The notes under the pieces: model-generated | Databases searched by the model: none | The model's input: the letters and a program-made list of their open reading frames with translations, nothing else | Told to the model about the DNA's origin: nothing | In this document: piece by piece, positions 11,066 to 20,490 of the stretch | Layout: each line of letters opens with the position of its first letter | Numbering within the stretch: position 1 is the first letter of the stretch | Assembly: GCA_002717515.1 (NCBI GenBank) | Contig: PBEC01000018.1 | Location: 198,630 to 262,629 of the forward strand | Length of the DNA stretch: 64,000 nt | From: Flavobacteriales bacterium | Lineage (GTDB): Bacteria > Bacteroidota > Bacteroidia > Flavobacteriales_C > GCA-002722245 | Reading direction: 5' to 3' | Position numbers and translations under genes: made by a program

Positions 11066-12039
11066 TGTTTCGGAAAACAATTCCTATAGTTTTGTTCGGA
11101 GGCATTCATTTGATGTTTCTATTGGGTATTGTGTTTAATATTTTTGGCTTATTGTCGGTACTTGGTTTTGTACCTTTATCTGCTTACATTTTTTTTAAGT
11201 ATACACCCGTTAAATTTAATTTCAAAGAGTATTTATTCACATTGATATTATTCGGGGTTGGTTATGTGCTGACCACTCAAGCAATTGATGTTTTTTCAGT
11301 AACCTCAGTTTATGCATCGGCTTTAGTAGGGGCTGTTTTTTCTTTTTTTCATTTAAAATATTTTCCATTATTTTCTTCTGTTATTTACTCCGGATCCTTT
11401 GCTGGAATGGTTTCAGATTTTCATATCGAAGAGATTTATGTTGAATGTTTAATTATAATTCTAGGGGGGAATTTATTTTACTTTTTGAAAGATAATTTCA
11501 ATGGTCTGGGAGGGAAATTGGGGTCAATTGGATTTGGCGCTATGTTATTTCCTGTAATCCTTGGAAGAGAAAAATCATTTTTAAATGAGGTATTTGATGA
11601 ATGTATTTCAATTAATCCGATAGGTGAATTATCGTCTAACAAAACGCTGCTGTTCATTGTAATTACTTCTCTTTTTGGAACAATATTAACCTATTGGTTA
11701 AATAACAAAAAGGGATATGGGCCTATTAAAGCATCTGCTATCCCTGCTTTTATTGTAGCTATACCGCTTCAATTAATTCCAATCTCGGGGTTTATGGCAT
11801 TAGTTCCCGTAGTTTTTTTTGGAGCTTCATTTGTCGGAATGTCCAATGACAAAACTTTAGGGTGGTTTCCAATTGTTGTTTCTAGTTTATTTTATGCTGT
11901 ATTGTTCCACTTTATTCATCCTCATTTCAATGGTTATGGCGGTTCATTGGGAGCCACGGCATGTTTGAGTTGTTTATTTGGACTGCTACTTCAGAAAACT
12001 TTCCAACGCAAGTCGGTAAGAATCCAGTCCAAACCCTAG
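11065..12039 (+). CDS. Uncharacterised polytopic membrane protein with an internal two-fold repeat
   Basis: Many TM segments and paired motifs GSFAGM/ASFVGM and FNGLGGKLG/FNGYGGSLG. TGATG overlap with nadE. Confidence 0.75.
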   Translation: MFRKTIPIVLFGGIHLMFLLGIVFNIFGLLSVLGFVPLSAYIFFKYTPVKFNFKEYLFTLILFGVGYVLTTQAIDVFSVTSVYASALVGAVFSFFHLKYFPLFSSVIYSGSFAGMVSDFHIEEIYVECLIIILGGNLFYFLKDNFNGLGGKLGSIGFGAMLFPVILGREKSFLNEVFDECISINPIGELSSNKTLLFIVITSLFGTILTYWLNNKKGYGPIKASAIPAFIVAIPLQLIPISGFMALVPVVFFGASFVGMSNDKTLGWFPIVVSSLFYAVLFHFIHPHFNGYGGSLGATACLSCLFGLLLQKTFQRKSVRIQSKP

Positions 12040-12402
12040 AATAACCCCTTGACAAACAGGAGAGATGTAAGAGTGATGACGAAATTTTTCTCTTTGGTGA
12101 GTATTCGAGATGTGAACCTCAATTACAGGTGTTTCAATTCCTGAAATGGCATCTCTAAGGGCCACAGAGGTATGAGTGTATGCTCCTGCATTGATGACAA
12201 TCCCATCGTAAGTAAATCCAACCTTATGAATTTTGTTAATTAACTCACCTTCAACATTACTTTGAAAAAATTCTAAATTCAGAGTGTTGAATTTGGACTT
12301 TAGTTTTTTAAAATAGTCTTCGAAGGTTGTGGAGCCATAAACCTCGGGTTCTCTTTTCCCTAATAAGTTTAGATTTGGTCCATTGATGATTAAGATTTTC
12401 AT
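11986..12402 (-). CDS. aroQ: Type II 3-dehydroquinate dehydratase
   Basis: INGPNLNLLGKREPEVYG, QSNVEG and EVHISN...FRHHS. Confidence 0.96.
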   Translation of the reverse strand: MKILIINGPNLNLLGKREPEVYGSTTFEDYFKKLKSKFNTLNLEFFQSNVEGELINKIHKVGFTYDGIVINAGAYTHTSVALRDAISGIETPVIEVHISNTHQREKFRHHSYISPVCQGVILGFGLDSYRLALESFLK

Positions 12403-12424
12403 ATTTCAAAAGTACAAAAAATGA

Positions 12425-12877
12425 TTATTCTTTGTTTTTAGTATCAATATTGATGGTAACAGGTCCCTCGTTCACAAGAGAAATTTTCATTTCTGCTCCA
12501 AACTTACCTGTTGCGATCTTCTTTCCAGTTTTCTTTTCTAAATCAATTATAAATTCCTTGTACATTTTTTTGGCGAAATGTGGTTCACCCGATTGCGTAA
12601 AACTGGGACGATTTCCTTTTTTAGTTTTCGCAAAGAGAGTAAATTGACTTACCACAATTATATCTCCGCAAACATCCATAACACTTTTGTTCATTGATGC
12701 ATTTTCATCGGGAAAAATTCTTAAGTTGCTAATTTTACTAGTAAGCCAGTTGATGTCCTCAAATGTATCCTCATTCTCTATTCCAATTAGAACAAGAAGA
12801 CCTCTTCTAATTTCTCCTGCCACAACCTTATTAATTATAACTGATGCCTCAGAAACTCTTTGAATCGTAACTCTCAT
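12425..12877 (-). CDS. dtd: D-aminoacyl-tRNA deacylase
   Basis: QRVSEASV, SQFTL, KGNRPSF and NEGPVT. Confidence 0.96.
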   Translation of the reverse strand: MRVTIQRVSEASVIINKVVAGEIRRGLLVLIGIENEDTFEDINWLTSKISNLRIFPDENASMNKSVMDVCGDIIVVSQFTLFAKTKKGNRPSFTQSGEPHFAKKMYKEFIIDLEKKTGKKIATGKFGAEMKISLVNEGPVTINIDTKNKE

Positions 12878-13803
12878 TATCGATAATTTTCTCTCTTATT
12901 GTCGTTAAAAATACTGAGGTAGCTGTTGTATCGCGAAAACGACAAATCCCCTTGTTCTAAAGCTGTTTTTACGGCACAATTTGGCTCGTTAATATGAACG
13001 CAATTATTGAATTTACAATGAGATTTTAGTCGTAAAAACTCCGGAAAAAAATTGCTTAATTCATCGGGTGCAATATCAACAACACCTATCCCACGGATTC
13101 CGGGCGTATCAATCAAACGACCACCACCAGATAAATCGTACATTTCAGCAAATGTGGTAGTGTGGACACCTTGCTTGTGTATTTCTGAAATTTCTTTTAT
13201 TGAAATTTCTTCATTCGGAAGAAGTTTCTTTAGAAGACTACTTTTACCTACTCCGCTATTTCCGGAAAGAACGGTGGTTTTATCACGGAATAGATCCTTT
13301 ACCTCATCCAAATTGGTTCCTTTTTCAACACTGATTGGCAGAATCTTGTAGTCAGCATTATTGTAAATGGTTTCCCATTCAGCAAGCTGTTTTAATTGAG
13401 CATCTTTACAAAGGTCAATTTTATTTACAAGTATGACGGCAGGTATACCGTAAGCGGTAACACTTACAAGGAAACGATCGATAAATTCATTCAGTGTTTC
13501 AGGTTGAGTTATTGTGGCAATTAAAACAGCTTGGTCAATATTGGAAGCAATAATGTGGTATTGTTTAGATAGGTTTACGGATTTTCGAATTAAGTAATTT
13601 TTACGAGTGTTAATTTTAGAAATGATTCCTGTTTTTTTTTGGGGTTCCATTTCAAAATCTACAACATCGCCTACTGAAACAGGGTTTGTAACTTTTAATC
13701 CCTTGACCCTTAGTTTTCCTTTCAATCTGCACACGATGATGTTACCATCATTATTTTTAACCTTATACCAACTCCCGGTAGACTTGTATACAATACCTTT
13801 CAT
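12877..13803 (-). CDS. rsgA: Ribosome small subunit-dependent GTPase A
   Basis: NKID, GNSGVGKS, HTTT, DTPG and the zinc motif CKFNNCVHINEPNC. Confidence 0.96.
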   Translation of the reverse strand: MKGIVYKSTGSWYKVKNNDGNIIVCRLKGKLRVKGLKVTNPVSVGDVVDFEMEPQKKTGIISKINTRKNYLIRKSVNLSKQYHIIASNIDQAVLIATITQPETLNEFIDRFLVSVTAYGIPAVILVNKIDLCKDAQLKQLAEWETIYNNADYKILPISVEKGTNLDEVKDLFRDKTTVLSGNSGVGKSSLLKKLLPNEEISIKEISEIHKQGVHTTTFAEMYDLSGGGRLIDTPGIRGIGVVDIAPDELSNFFPEFLRLKSHCKFNNCVHINEPNCAVKTALEQGDLSFSRYNSYLSIFNDNKRENYR

Positions 13804-13902
13804 TTTTGTAAAAATAGAGTTTTTGGGTGACTCGATTAAGAATACGTATTATGTTGTTATAAATGTTTGTTAAATTTAAATTCAACTCATAAAATTAGTG
13901 CT

Positions 13903-14805
13903 ATGTCGATATCGGTAAATCAAATAACAAAAACTTATGGAAAGCAAAAAGTGCTCGACAATGTAAGCTTTGAAATAGATGCAGGTGAGGTTGTTGGTTT
14001 TTTAGGACCAAATGGAGCGGGAAAATCTACGATGATGAAAATCTTAACCGGGTATGTTACACAAAGTGAAGGAGAGGTTTGCGTATGTGGAATTAATGTT
14101 CTTCACAATTCAATTGAATCAAGAAAAAAAATAGGATATCTTCCTGAGCACAATCCATTGTATTTAGATATGTACGTAAAAGAATTTCTTTCTTTTATTG
14201 CAGACATCCATAAGTTGAAAAATAAAAAAGAAAGAATTCTTGAAATGATTGAACTAACCGGCTTGGTTCCTGAAAAAACAAAAAAAATTCGACAATTGTC
14301 AAAAGGGTATCGTCAAAGGGTAGGTCTAGCCGCAGCCCTGATACATGATCCTGAAGTTTTGATTTTAGATGAACCTACAACCGGATTAGACCCTAATCAG
14401 CTAAAAGAAATCAGATCGTTAATTAAATCAATTGCAGAGAAAAAAACCATTATGCTGTCAACTCATATTATGCAAGAAGTAGAGGCTATCTGTGACCGCG
14501 CTATTATTATAACAAAGGGACAAATTGTAGCGGATGATAAAATTGAAATCCTTCAAAATAAAGAATCAGAAATTATTGAAGTTGAATTTCAAAATCCAAT
14601 TTCAATAGAAACATTGGAAAATATAAAAGGCGTGAAGCATGTTCTTGAAAAATCTGATACTCGATTTGATTTGGTATCCATGAATTCAACTGATATCAGA
14701 CCTTTAATTTCTCAGTTTGCTATTAACAATTCTAATCTTGTTTTAAGTATGCAAAAGAGAGAGCAAAAGATGGAAGATATTTTTCAAAACCTTACCAAAG
14801 AATAA
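13903..14805 (+). CDS. gldA: Gliding motility-associated ABC transporter ATP-binding protein
   Basis: GPNGAGKS, GYLPEHNPLYLDMYV, LSKGYRQRVGLA and DEPTTGLDPNQ. ATG 13903 preferred over TTG 13867. Confidence 0.88.
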   Translation: MSISVNQITKTYGKQKVLDNVSFEIDAGEVVGFLGPNGAGKSTMMKILTGYVTQSEGEVCVCGINVLHNSIESRKKIGYLPEHNPLYLDMYVKEFLSFIADIHKLKNKKERILEMIELTGLVPEKTKKIRQLSKGYRQRVGLAAALIHDPEVLILDEPTTGLDPNQLKEIRSLIKSIAEKKTIMLSTHIMQEVEAICDRAIIITKGQIVADDKIEILQNKESEIIEVEFQNPISIETLENIKGVKHVLEKSDTRFDLVSMNSTDIRPLISQFAINNSNLVLSMQKREQKMEDIFQNLTKE

Positions 14806-14844
14806 CATTTAAATAATTACATTTGTTTTTCAAAAATAAGTTCT

Positions 14845-16101
14845 ATGGCTAATTATTTATTTACATCTGAGTCCGTTTCAGAAGGACATCCCGATAAAGT
14901 TGCTGATCAAATTTCAGATGCTTTGATTGATAACTTTCTTGCTTTTGACTCACAGTCCAAAGTGGCTTGTGAAACATTAGTAACAACAGGTCAAGTTGTA
15001 TTGGCAGGTGAAGTAAAATCAAAAACCTATTTAGATGTTCAAAAAATTGCTCGAGATGTTATTCAAAAGGTTGGATATACTAAATCCGAGTATATGTTTG
15101 AAGCAAACTCTTGTGGTGTTTTGTCAGCCATTCATGAGCAATCCCCTGACATCAATCAGGGCGTTGACAGGGAGAGTCCTGAGGAGCAGGGAGCAGGAGA
15201 TCAAGGTATGATGTTTGGTTATGCGACTAAAGAGACAGAAAACTATATGCCGCTTGCGTTAGATCTCTCTCACAAAATATTAATTGAACATGCAAGGTTG
15301 AGAAGAGAAGGCAATTTGATTCCTTATTTAAGGCCAGATGCTAAATCTCAGGTTACTATTGAATATTCTGAAGATAACGTTCCATTGAGAATCGATTCAA
15401 TAGTTGTTTCGACACAGCACGATGATTTTGATACGGAAGAGACGATGTTGGAGAAAATTAAGGAGGATATTATAAATATATTGATACCTCGTGTAGTTGA
15501 ACAGCTTCCTGCAAATATTAAACTATTATTCAACAATGATATTGTTTACCATATTAATCCTACTGGAAAATTTGTTATTGGAGGTCCACACGGAGATACC
15601 GGTTTGACAGGTAGGAAAATTATTGTAGACACATACGGGGGAAAAGGAGCGCATGGAGGCGGTGCTTTTTCGGGAAAAGATCCTTCAAAAGTAGATCGCT
15701 CTGCAGCATACGCTACACGTCACATTGCAAAAAATCTAGTAGCCGCAGGAGTTTGTGACGAAGTTTTAGTTCAGGTTTCATACGCAATTGGAGTTGTAAA
15801 ACCGATGGCCATATTTATAAATACCTACGGTACATCGAAAGTTAACATGGACGATGGAGAAATAGCGAAAATTGTCGAAGAGGTTTTTGATATGCGTCCT
15901 TATGCTATAGAACAACGATTAAAATTAAGAAATCCAATATACTTTGAAACAGCTGCATACGGACACATGGGAAGAAAAAACCGGTTGGTTAAAAAAACTT
16001 TCATTGGTGCAGATGGAACTAGAAAACAGGTTGAAGTGGAATTGTTTACTTGGGAAAAGTTAGATTTTGTTGATAAAATTAAATTGGCCTTTTCTCTGTA
16101 A
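14845..16101 (+). CDS. metK: S-adenosylmethionine synthetase
   Basis: [19 protein letters not shown] and [16 protein letters not shown]. Confidence 0.98.
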   Translation: MANYLFTSESVSEGHPDKVADQISDALIDNFLAFDSQSKVACETLVTTGQVVLAGEVKSKTYLDVQKIARDVIQKVGYTKSEYMFEANSCGVLSAIHEQSPDINQGVDRESPEEQGAGDQGMMFGYATKETENYMPLALDLSHKILIEHARLRREGNLIPYLRPDAKSQVTIEYSEDNVPLRIDSIVVSTQHDDFDTEETMLEKIKEDIINILIPRVVEQLPANIKLLFNNDIVYHINPTGKFVIGGPHGDTGLTGRKIIVDTYGGKGAHGGGAFSGKDPSKVDRSAAYATRHIAKNLVAAGVCDEVLVQVSYAIGVVKPMAIFINTYGTSKVNMDDGEIAKIVEEVFDMRPYAIEQRLKLRNPIYFETAAYGHMGRKNRLVKKTFIGADGTRKQVEVELFTWEKLDFVDKIKLAFSL

Positions 16102-16149
16102 TCTTTAATAAGGGTTTAAGTAAAATCTACTTTTAACGATAGCATGAAT

Positions 16150-16929
16150 TTATCGGATTATATAGTTTTCTTTTTTATGCCTTTTATCGAAGAAAATTAT
16201 TCCAATCCAAAAAATATCAACTGCACAAGTAACGGATGGATGTGATTGAATGTGTTTCCATGCTTCTTCCATTTCTTTACTCCAATGAATATCATCGAAT
16301 ATGAAAATTGAATTCTCATGTGCCTTTTCAAGGCACATGTCGAAGTATTCTATTGTAGGTTTCTTCTGGTGATTTCCATCGAAAAAAACGTAATCCAGTT
16401 CATCGTAATTGTGTATCACCTCAGAAAGTGTTTCAGAAAAATGCCCTACTTTAATTTGTACATTTGGTGCCTTGAAATTCGATAAAACTTTTTCTGCAAT
16501 TTTTGCTGTTTCAGGACATCCTTCCATGGTTGTAAAGTTTGCTTTTTTATTTGCGCCAATTTGGTAGCAGGCAGAAATCCCAAGTGAAGTTCCCAACTCA
16601 AGCATGTTGTTGGGTTGGAACTTATTGACGAGTCGAAATAAAATTTCACCAAGCCAGGGCGCCTTTGCTGAGTTGGTTGCTAAATCAGAAATTTTTCGCT
16701 CTTTAGAAGTGTTTATAGAACTTCCCGCCCCGAAGTCAGTAATTTTTATTTTGGAGTTGTTTTTCTTTAGAACGGTTCGAATTCCTTCAATTTCTTTGAA
16801 TGCATAAAATTTCTGATTGGAACGCAATACATCGAGAATTAAACTGTTTACAAATTCTGATTTTGTAATGTTTTTAGCATAAAGCCAATATTTGAAGTAC
16901 CTTCCTACGAATTGAAGTTTTTTAAGCAT
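16150..16929 (-). CDS. Class I SAM-dependent (O-)methyltransferase
   Basis: LELGTSLG, FFDGNH and DDIHWS motifs. Confidence 0.85.
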   Translation of the reverse strand: MLKKLQFVGRYFKYWLYAKNITKSEFVNSLILDVLRSNQKFYAFKEIEGIRTVLKKNNSKIKITDFGAGSSINTSKERKISDLATNSAKAPWLGEILFRLVNKFQPNNMLELGTSLGISACYQIGANKKANFTTMEGCPETAKIAEKVLSNFKAPNVQIKVGHFSETLSEVIHNYDELDYVFFDGNHQKKPTIEYFDMCLEKAHENSIFIFDDIHWSKEMEEAWKHIQSHPSVTCAVDIFWIGIIFFDKRHKKENYIIR

Positions 16930-16978
16930 TCTGCAAAGAAATGATATTTAACTCAAAATGCCCAAAAGCTTCATGATT

Positions 16979-17007
16979 AAATAAAAGGGCTGATTATTCA
17001 GCCCTTT
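16979..17007 (-). terminator. Intrinsic terminator downstream of gldM
   Basis: On the minus strand: AAAGGGCTGA-ATAA-TCAGCCCTTT, running into TTTTATTT. Confidence 0.85.
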
Positions 17008-17048
17008 ACCTAACATCATATCTTGATTAGAGATATGTCCTGACAATA

Positions 17049-18659
17049 TTATCTGATGGTTATTCTTTGGAAAATTTTATGAGTTATTTTATCAGCTCCT
17101 TTAGCTTTCATTATAATTTCAATTTTATCACCCCTTCTTAATCTACTAATAAGGTTTTCTATTTCTTTATCAATAATTTTTCCATTAACTAGATTTGGAA
17201 GTGGAGTTATATTGTTTCCTTTTCGATATGAAATTTCAGCACTTATAATTTTGGGTGTAGATGAGATGGGAAATGATTTACTATATTTTGGTTTTGCACC
17301 AATTTGTTTTAAAACTGTAGCTAAACTTTCTGCACCAGCTAAACCATTCTTTACTCCGGGTGTGAAAATAAAAGGAGGCGGAAGAGACATGCTTTTCCAT
17401 GTTTGTTTGGAAACAACCTTTTTTTCACCATTAATATTGGCTAAAACTGTAATTTCAATTCTTCCACCTTTTGAAGGAGTAAATGTATATTTTCCATTTC
17501 CCTTTTGAGTAACTTTACATGAATTGCTTGCATTTACCGTTAGGTCTTCAGACTTAATTCCAGGAGCAGAAATACTTATATCATTCTCTAAACCTATATA
17601 CATAATGTTTAATTGATCGGACGAAATTACAGCACTTGGCGCTGCTACTGTATAGTTTTTCACAAATGGGTAGGAGAGGAACTCACCTTTTCTTTTGGGA
17701 TTGGGGTGAGGGACTTTCATTATTCCACCCCATGTGTGGTTTCCAGTCTCATTCGTTTTTATTTTAAACCTTCCCATACCACCATATACAGGGATAGTGT
17801 CGGTTTTATTCGTGAATTTTATTTCTCCCGTTTTTCCGTAATGAGCAATATCGTAATCACCTACAATTACAATTGGGTCTTGCGTGGTGTCTGAGGCGGC
17901 AAGAAATATATCTGCAGAATATTCGTCTCCTTGAAGTACATAGCTTGATTGAGCAATTGAAGTTGCTAATATTTTGTTGACTTTAACTTCATTAATTCCA
18001 ATGTTTTCCAATAAATAATTTATGGCTTGTGATTCAGAATTTCGAACGTAACTTTGAATATTTGTTAGGTTTGCAGTTACTGCAGCAAGAGGTAAATATT
18101 CACAGATACCATTTTCCCAAGGGCTCTCTACATCTTCATAATCAATATGGGGTGGAGTAGCTAAAAGTTTTTCAATACCATTGATTATTGCTGTGTCCTC
18201 GGGTTCAATTAATGCGATTAAGCTTGATTTATAATCATTAATTTTATTTTTAAGTTCTTCTCCAAATCCTTTTACGATTAGATATTCTGCTCCAACATCT
18301 TGGTTGTCTTTTCCAATAGGGATTCCGGTTTCATCATCAATTCCACCACCAAGTTCAATAATATCTGCTTTATATTTTTCAATATCCAAAAATAGCTGAT
18401 TCGACAATTTTTCAATATTCGAAGCGTTTTTTTCCGCTTTTATTGCAACATCAGCCCCGGATGCTGCTGCTGTTGTAATCTTAGAATAAATTGAATTGTT
18501 TGTTGCGTTAAAGTTTTTTGTGGTAATATCAATACCGTCTTCTAAAAAGATAAATGCATCCAATAAATCTTTTGATGCATTCATTGCCAACATTGCCAAC
18601 AGAACAAGGTACATCATACCGATCATTTGTTGGCGTGGGGTTTGTTTTACTCCTGCCAT
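17049..18659 (-). CDS. gldM: GldM/PorM family T9SS/gliding motor subunit (solo copy)
   Basis: The N-terminus MAGVKQTPRQQMIGMMYLVLLAMLAMN matches the GldM TM signature, including R9 and Y17. Also PLAAVTANLTNIQ..VRNSES and MYIGLENDISISAPG. Confidence 0.88.
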   Translation of the reverse strand: MAGVKQTPRQQMIGMMYLVLLAMLAMNASKDLLDAFIFLEDGIDITTKNFNATNNSIYSKITTAAASGADVAIKAEKNASNIEKLSNQLFLDIEKYKADIIELGGGIDDETGIPIGKDNQDVGAEYLIVKGFGEELKNKINDYKSSLIALIEPEDTAIINGIEKLLATPPHIDYEDVESPWENGICEYLPLAAVTANLTNIQSYVRNSESQAINYLLENIGINEVKVNKILATSIAQSSYVLQGDEYSADIFLAASDTTQDPIVIVGDYDIAHYGKTGEIKFTNKTDTIPVYGGMGRFKIKTNETGNHTWGGIMKVPHPNPKRKGEFLSYPFVKNYTVAAPSAVISSDQLNIMYIGLENDISISAPGIKSEDLTVNASNSCKVTQKGNGKYTFTPSKGGRIEITVLANINGEKKVVSKQTWKSMSLPPPFIFTPGVKNGLAGAESLATVLKQIGAKPKYSKSFPISSTPKIISAEISYRKGNNITPLPNLVNGKIIDKEIENLISRLRRGDKIEIIMKAKGADKITHKIFQRITIR

Positions 18660-18892
18660 TATAAATGTTTTTATTGATTAGATAACCCTTATGGATTAAC
18701 TAGGCGACAACTTGAGCTCTTTGTTGATGCTTCAATGGTTAAATACAGTAAAATAAAATGGTTACACTTTTTATTTATTTCTTTTAAAAGAAGAGCTTAT
18801 AAGCACAGAAAATGCTCTCAGAAACAGGGTTTGAGAGGAATCGGGGTTTCAAATTTGAATTTATTGTTGACTAAAAATGTAGAACTATTAAG

Positions 18893-19252
18893 TTATGCAA
18901 GAGCTACCTCTTGAATTTTTGAATCTAAATGATCATAGTTTATGGGTTTTCTTAAAACTAAATCATTGTCAATTTCATTATCTAAATATTTAATGTATTT
19001 ATCTTTCAAAGAAGTTATAAATAGCATTTTTGTCTGTGTTTTATTTAAGTAATTGAGTGTTTTATACAATTCACTTCCCGTCACATAAGGCATAAGTAAA
19101 TCAGTTATGACTAAATCGGGCTGGTGTTTTAAAATTAATGATAAAGCTTCCATTGCATTGGTTGACTCAATAACCTTATGGCCTTTTTGATTTAAATAAA
19201 AGGAGAGTTTTTTAAGAACAAGTAAGTTGTCGTCAATTATTAAAATGTTCAT
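18893..19252 (-). CDS. Single-domain response regulator (CheY-like receiver)
   Basis: Acidic pair in ILIIDD, phosphoacceptor Asp in ITDLLMP, ITS and KP motifs. No output domain. Confidence 0.88.
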   Translation of the reverse strand: MNILIIDDNLLVLKKLSFYLNQKGHKVIESTNAMEALSLILKHQPDLVITDLLMPYVTGSELYKTLNYLNKTQTKMLFITSLKDKYIKYLDNEIDNDLVLRKPINYDHLDSKIQEVALA

Positions 19253-19369
19253 GGCATCAAAACTTTAAGGGGTGTTTAGAGTATACGGTACTTAAAAATA
19301 TTTTGTCGTAAATTTATCGATAAAACACCTTAAATAAGCGATTAATAAATGTTTTGTTTCTATAAAAAT

Positions 19370-20422
19370 TTAATAATCAAAGCTTATTTTAATGCTTGGA
19401 CTAAGTACTTTTGCTTGGCAGGACAGCACAGCTCCACTTGAAACTTCATCATCTGAGAGTGCAATGTTGTTTTCCATTTCAACTTTTCCATCTCCTATAA
19501 AGCATTTGCAAACACCACATACTCCACCTTGACATGAAAATGGAATATCGTGTCCTGCTGAAAGCCCCGCTTCCAATATGGATTCATTTTTCTTTACAAC
19601 AAATTCTATTGTCTCTCCATTTAAAGTTGCTGTTGCAGAGCTCGAACCTTTTGATTTTTTGAGTGGTACTGACTTTTCTGTAGTTTTTGCTGTGAAAAGC
19701 TCGTAATGTATTTTAGATGAATTGAAATTAAATTTATTTTCCAGTAGGTCAATTATACTTAATGTCATTTCTTGCGGACCACAAATAAAAATTTCATCAC
19801 ATGAATGAGCCGGTGCAAATTTTTTGAAAAGTTTTTTAAGTTTTCTTCCCTCAAGCCTTCCACTGTGAAACCGACTTTCTCCTTTAGTTTTACTGTATAT
19901 GTAATGAACATTCAGATTGTTATTAAACTGAGTAATCAGTTCGTCAATTTTATTTTTAAATATGGTTAATTCAGGTGATTTGTTTCCATAAAATAAGTTT
20001 ACAGTACTGTTAGGTTCATCATTCAGAATGGTTTTCAAAATTGAAATAATAGGAGTTATTCCACTTCCGGCCGCAATTAAGGTGTAGGATTTTTGGTTTT
20101 GTTTATTGGTTTCAACAAAGAAGTTTCCGGCCGGTTTACCCAATTCAATGTGATCTCCAGTTTTTAGTTTTGTATTGGCGAACGTAGAAAATTTACCGTT
20201 TTGAATCTGTTTGACAACTACTTTTAATTTTCCCGATTTAGGTGTTGAACACAAAGAATATGATCTTCTTAATTCTTCACCATTTACAGTGTGTTTAAGT
20301 GTTAGGAATTGTCCTGACTTGAATGAAAATTCTTCAATAAGGTCAGAGGGCACCTCGAATTCTATGGATACAGATTCTGAGGTTTCTTTTTGAATACCTT
20401 TGATACGTAAGGAGTGGTGCAT
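19370..20422 (-). CDS. FAD/NAD(P)H oxidoreductase with C-terminal 2Fe-2S domain (PaaE-like)
   Basis: RSYSLCS, AAGSGITP, ICGP, HYELF and CQGGVCGVC...C. Confidence 0.9.
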   Translation of the reverse strand: MHHSLRIKGIQKETSESVSIEFEVPSDLIEEFSFKSGQFLTLKHTVNGEELRRSYSLCSTPKSGKLKVVVKQIQNGKFSTFANTKLKTGDHIELGKPAGNFFVETNKQNQKSYTLIAAGSGITPIISILKTILNDEPNSTVNLFYGNKSPELTIFKNKIDELITQFNNNLNVHYIYSKTKGESRFHSGRLEGRKLKKLFKKFAPAHSCDEIFICGPQEMTLSIIDLLENKFNFNSSKIHYELFTAKTTEKSVPLKKSKGSSSATATLNGETIEFVVKKNESILEAGLSAGHDIPFSCQGGVCGVCKCFIGDGKVEMENNIALSDDEVSSGAVLSCQAKVLSPSIKISFDY

Positions 20423-20490
20423 ATTTATAATTTAATAAAAATCCTGACAAATGTAAAAAAGTAATTAGGTTTGTGGTACAGAATGTATCT

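Noticed and set aside
19370-20422. Phenylacetate catabolism locus
   Set aside because: Only the PaaE-like reductase is present, with no paaABCD. Such solo reductases are common in Flavobacteria.
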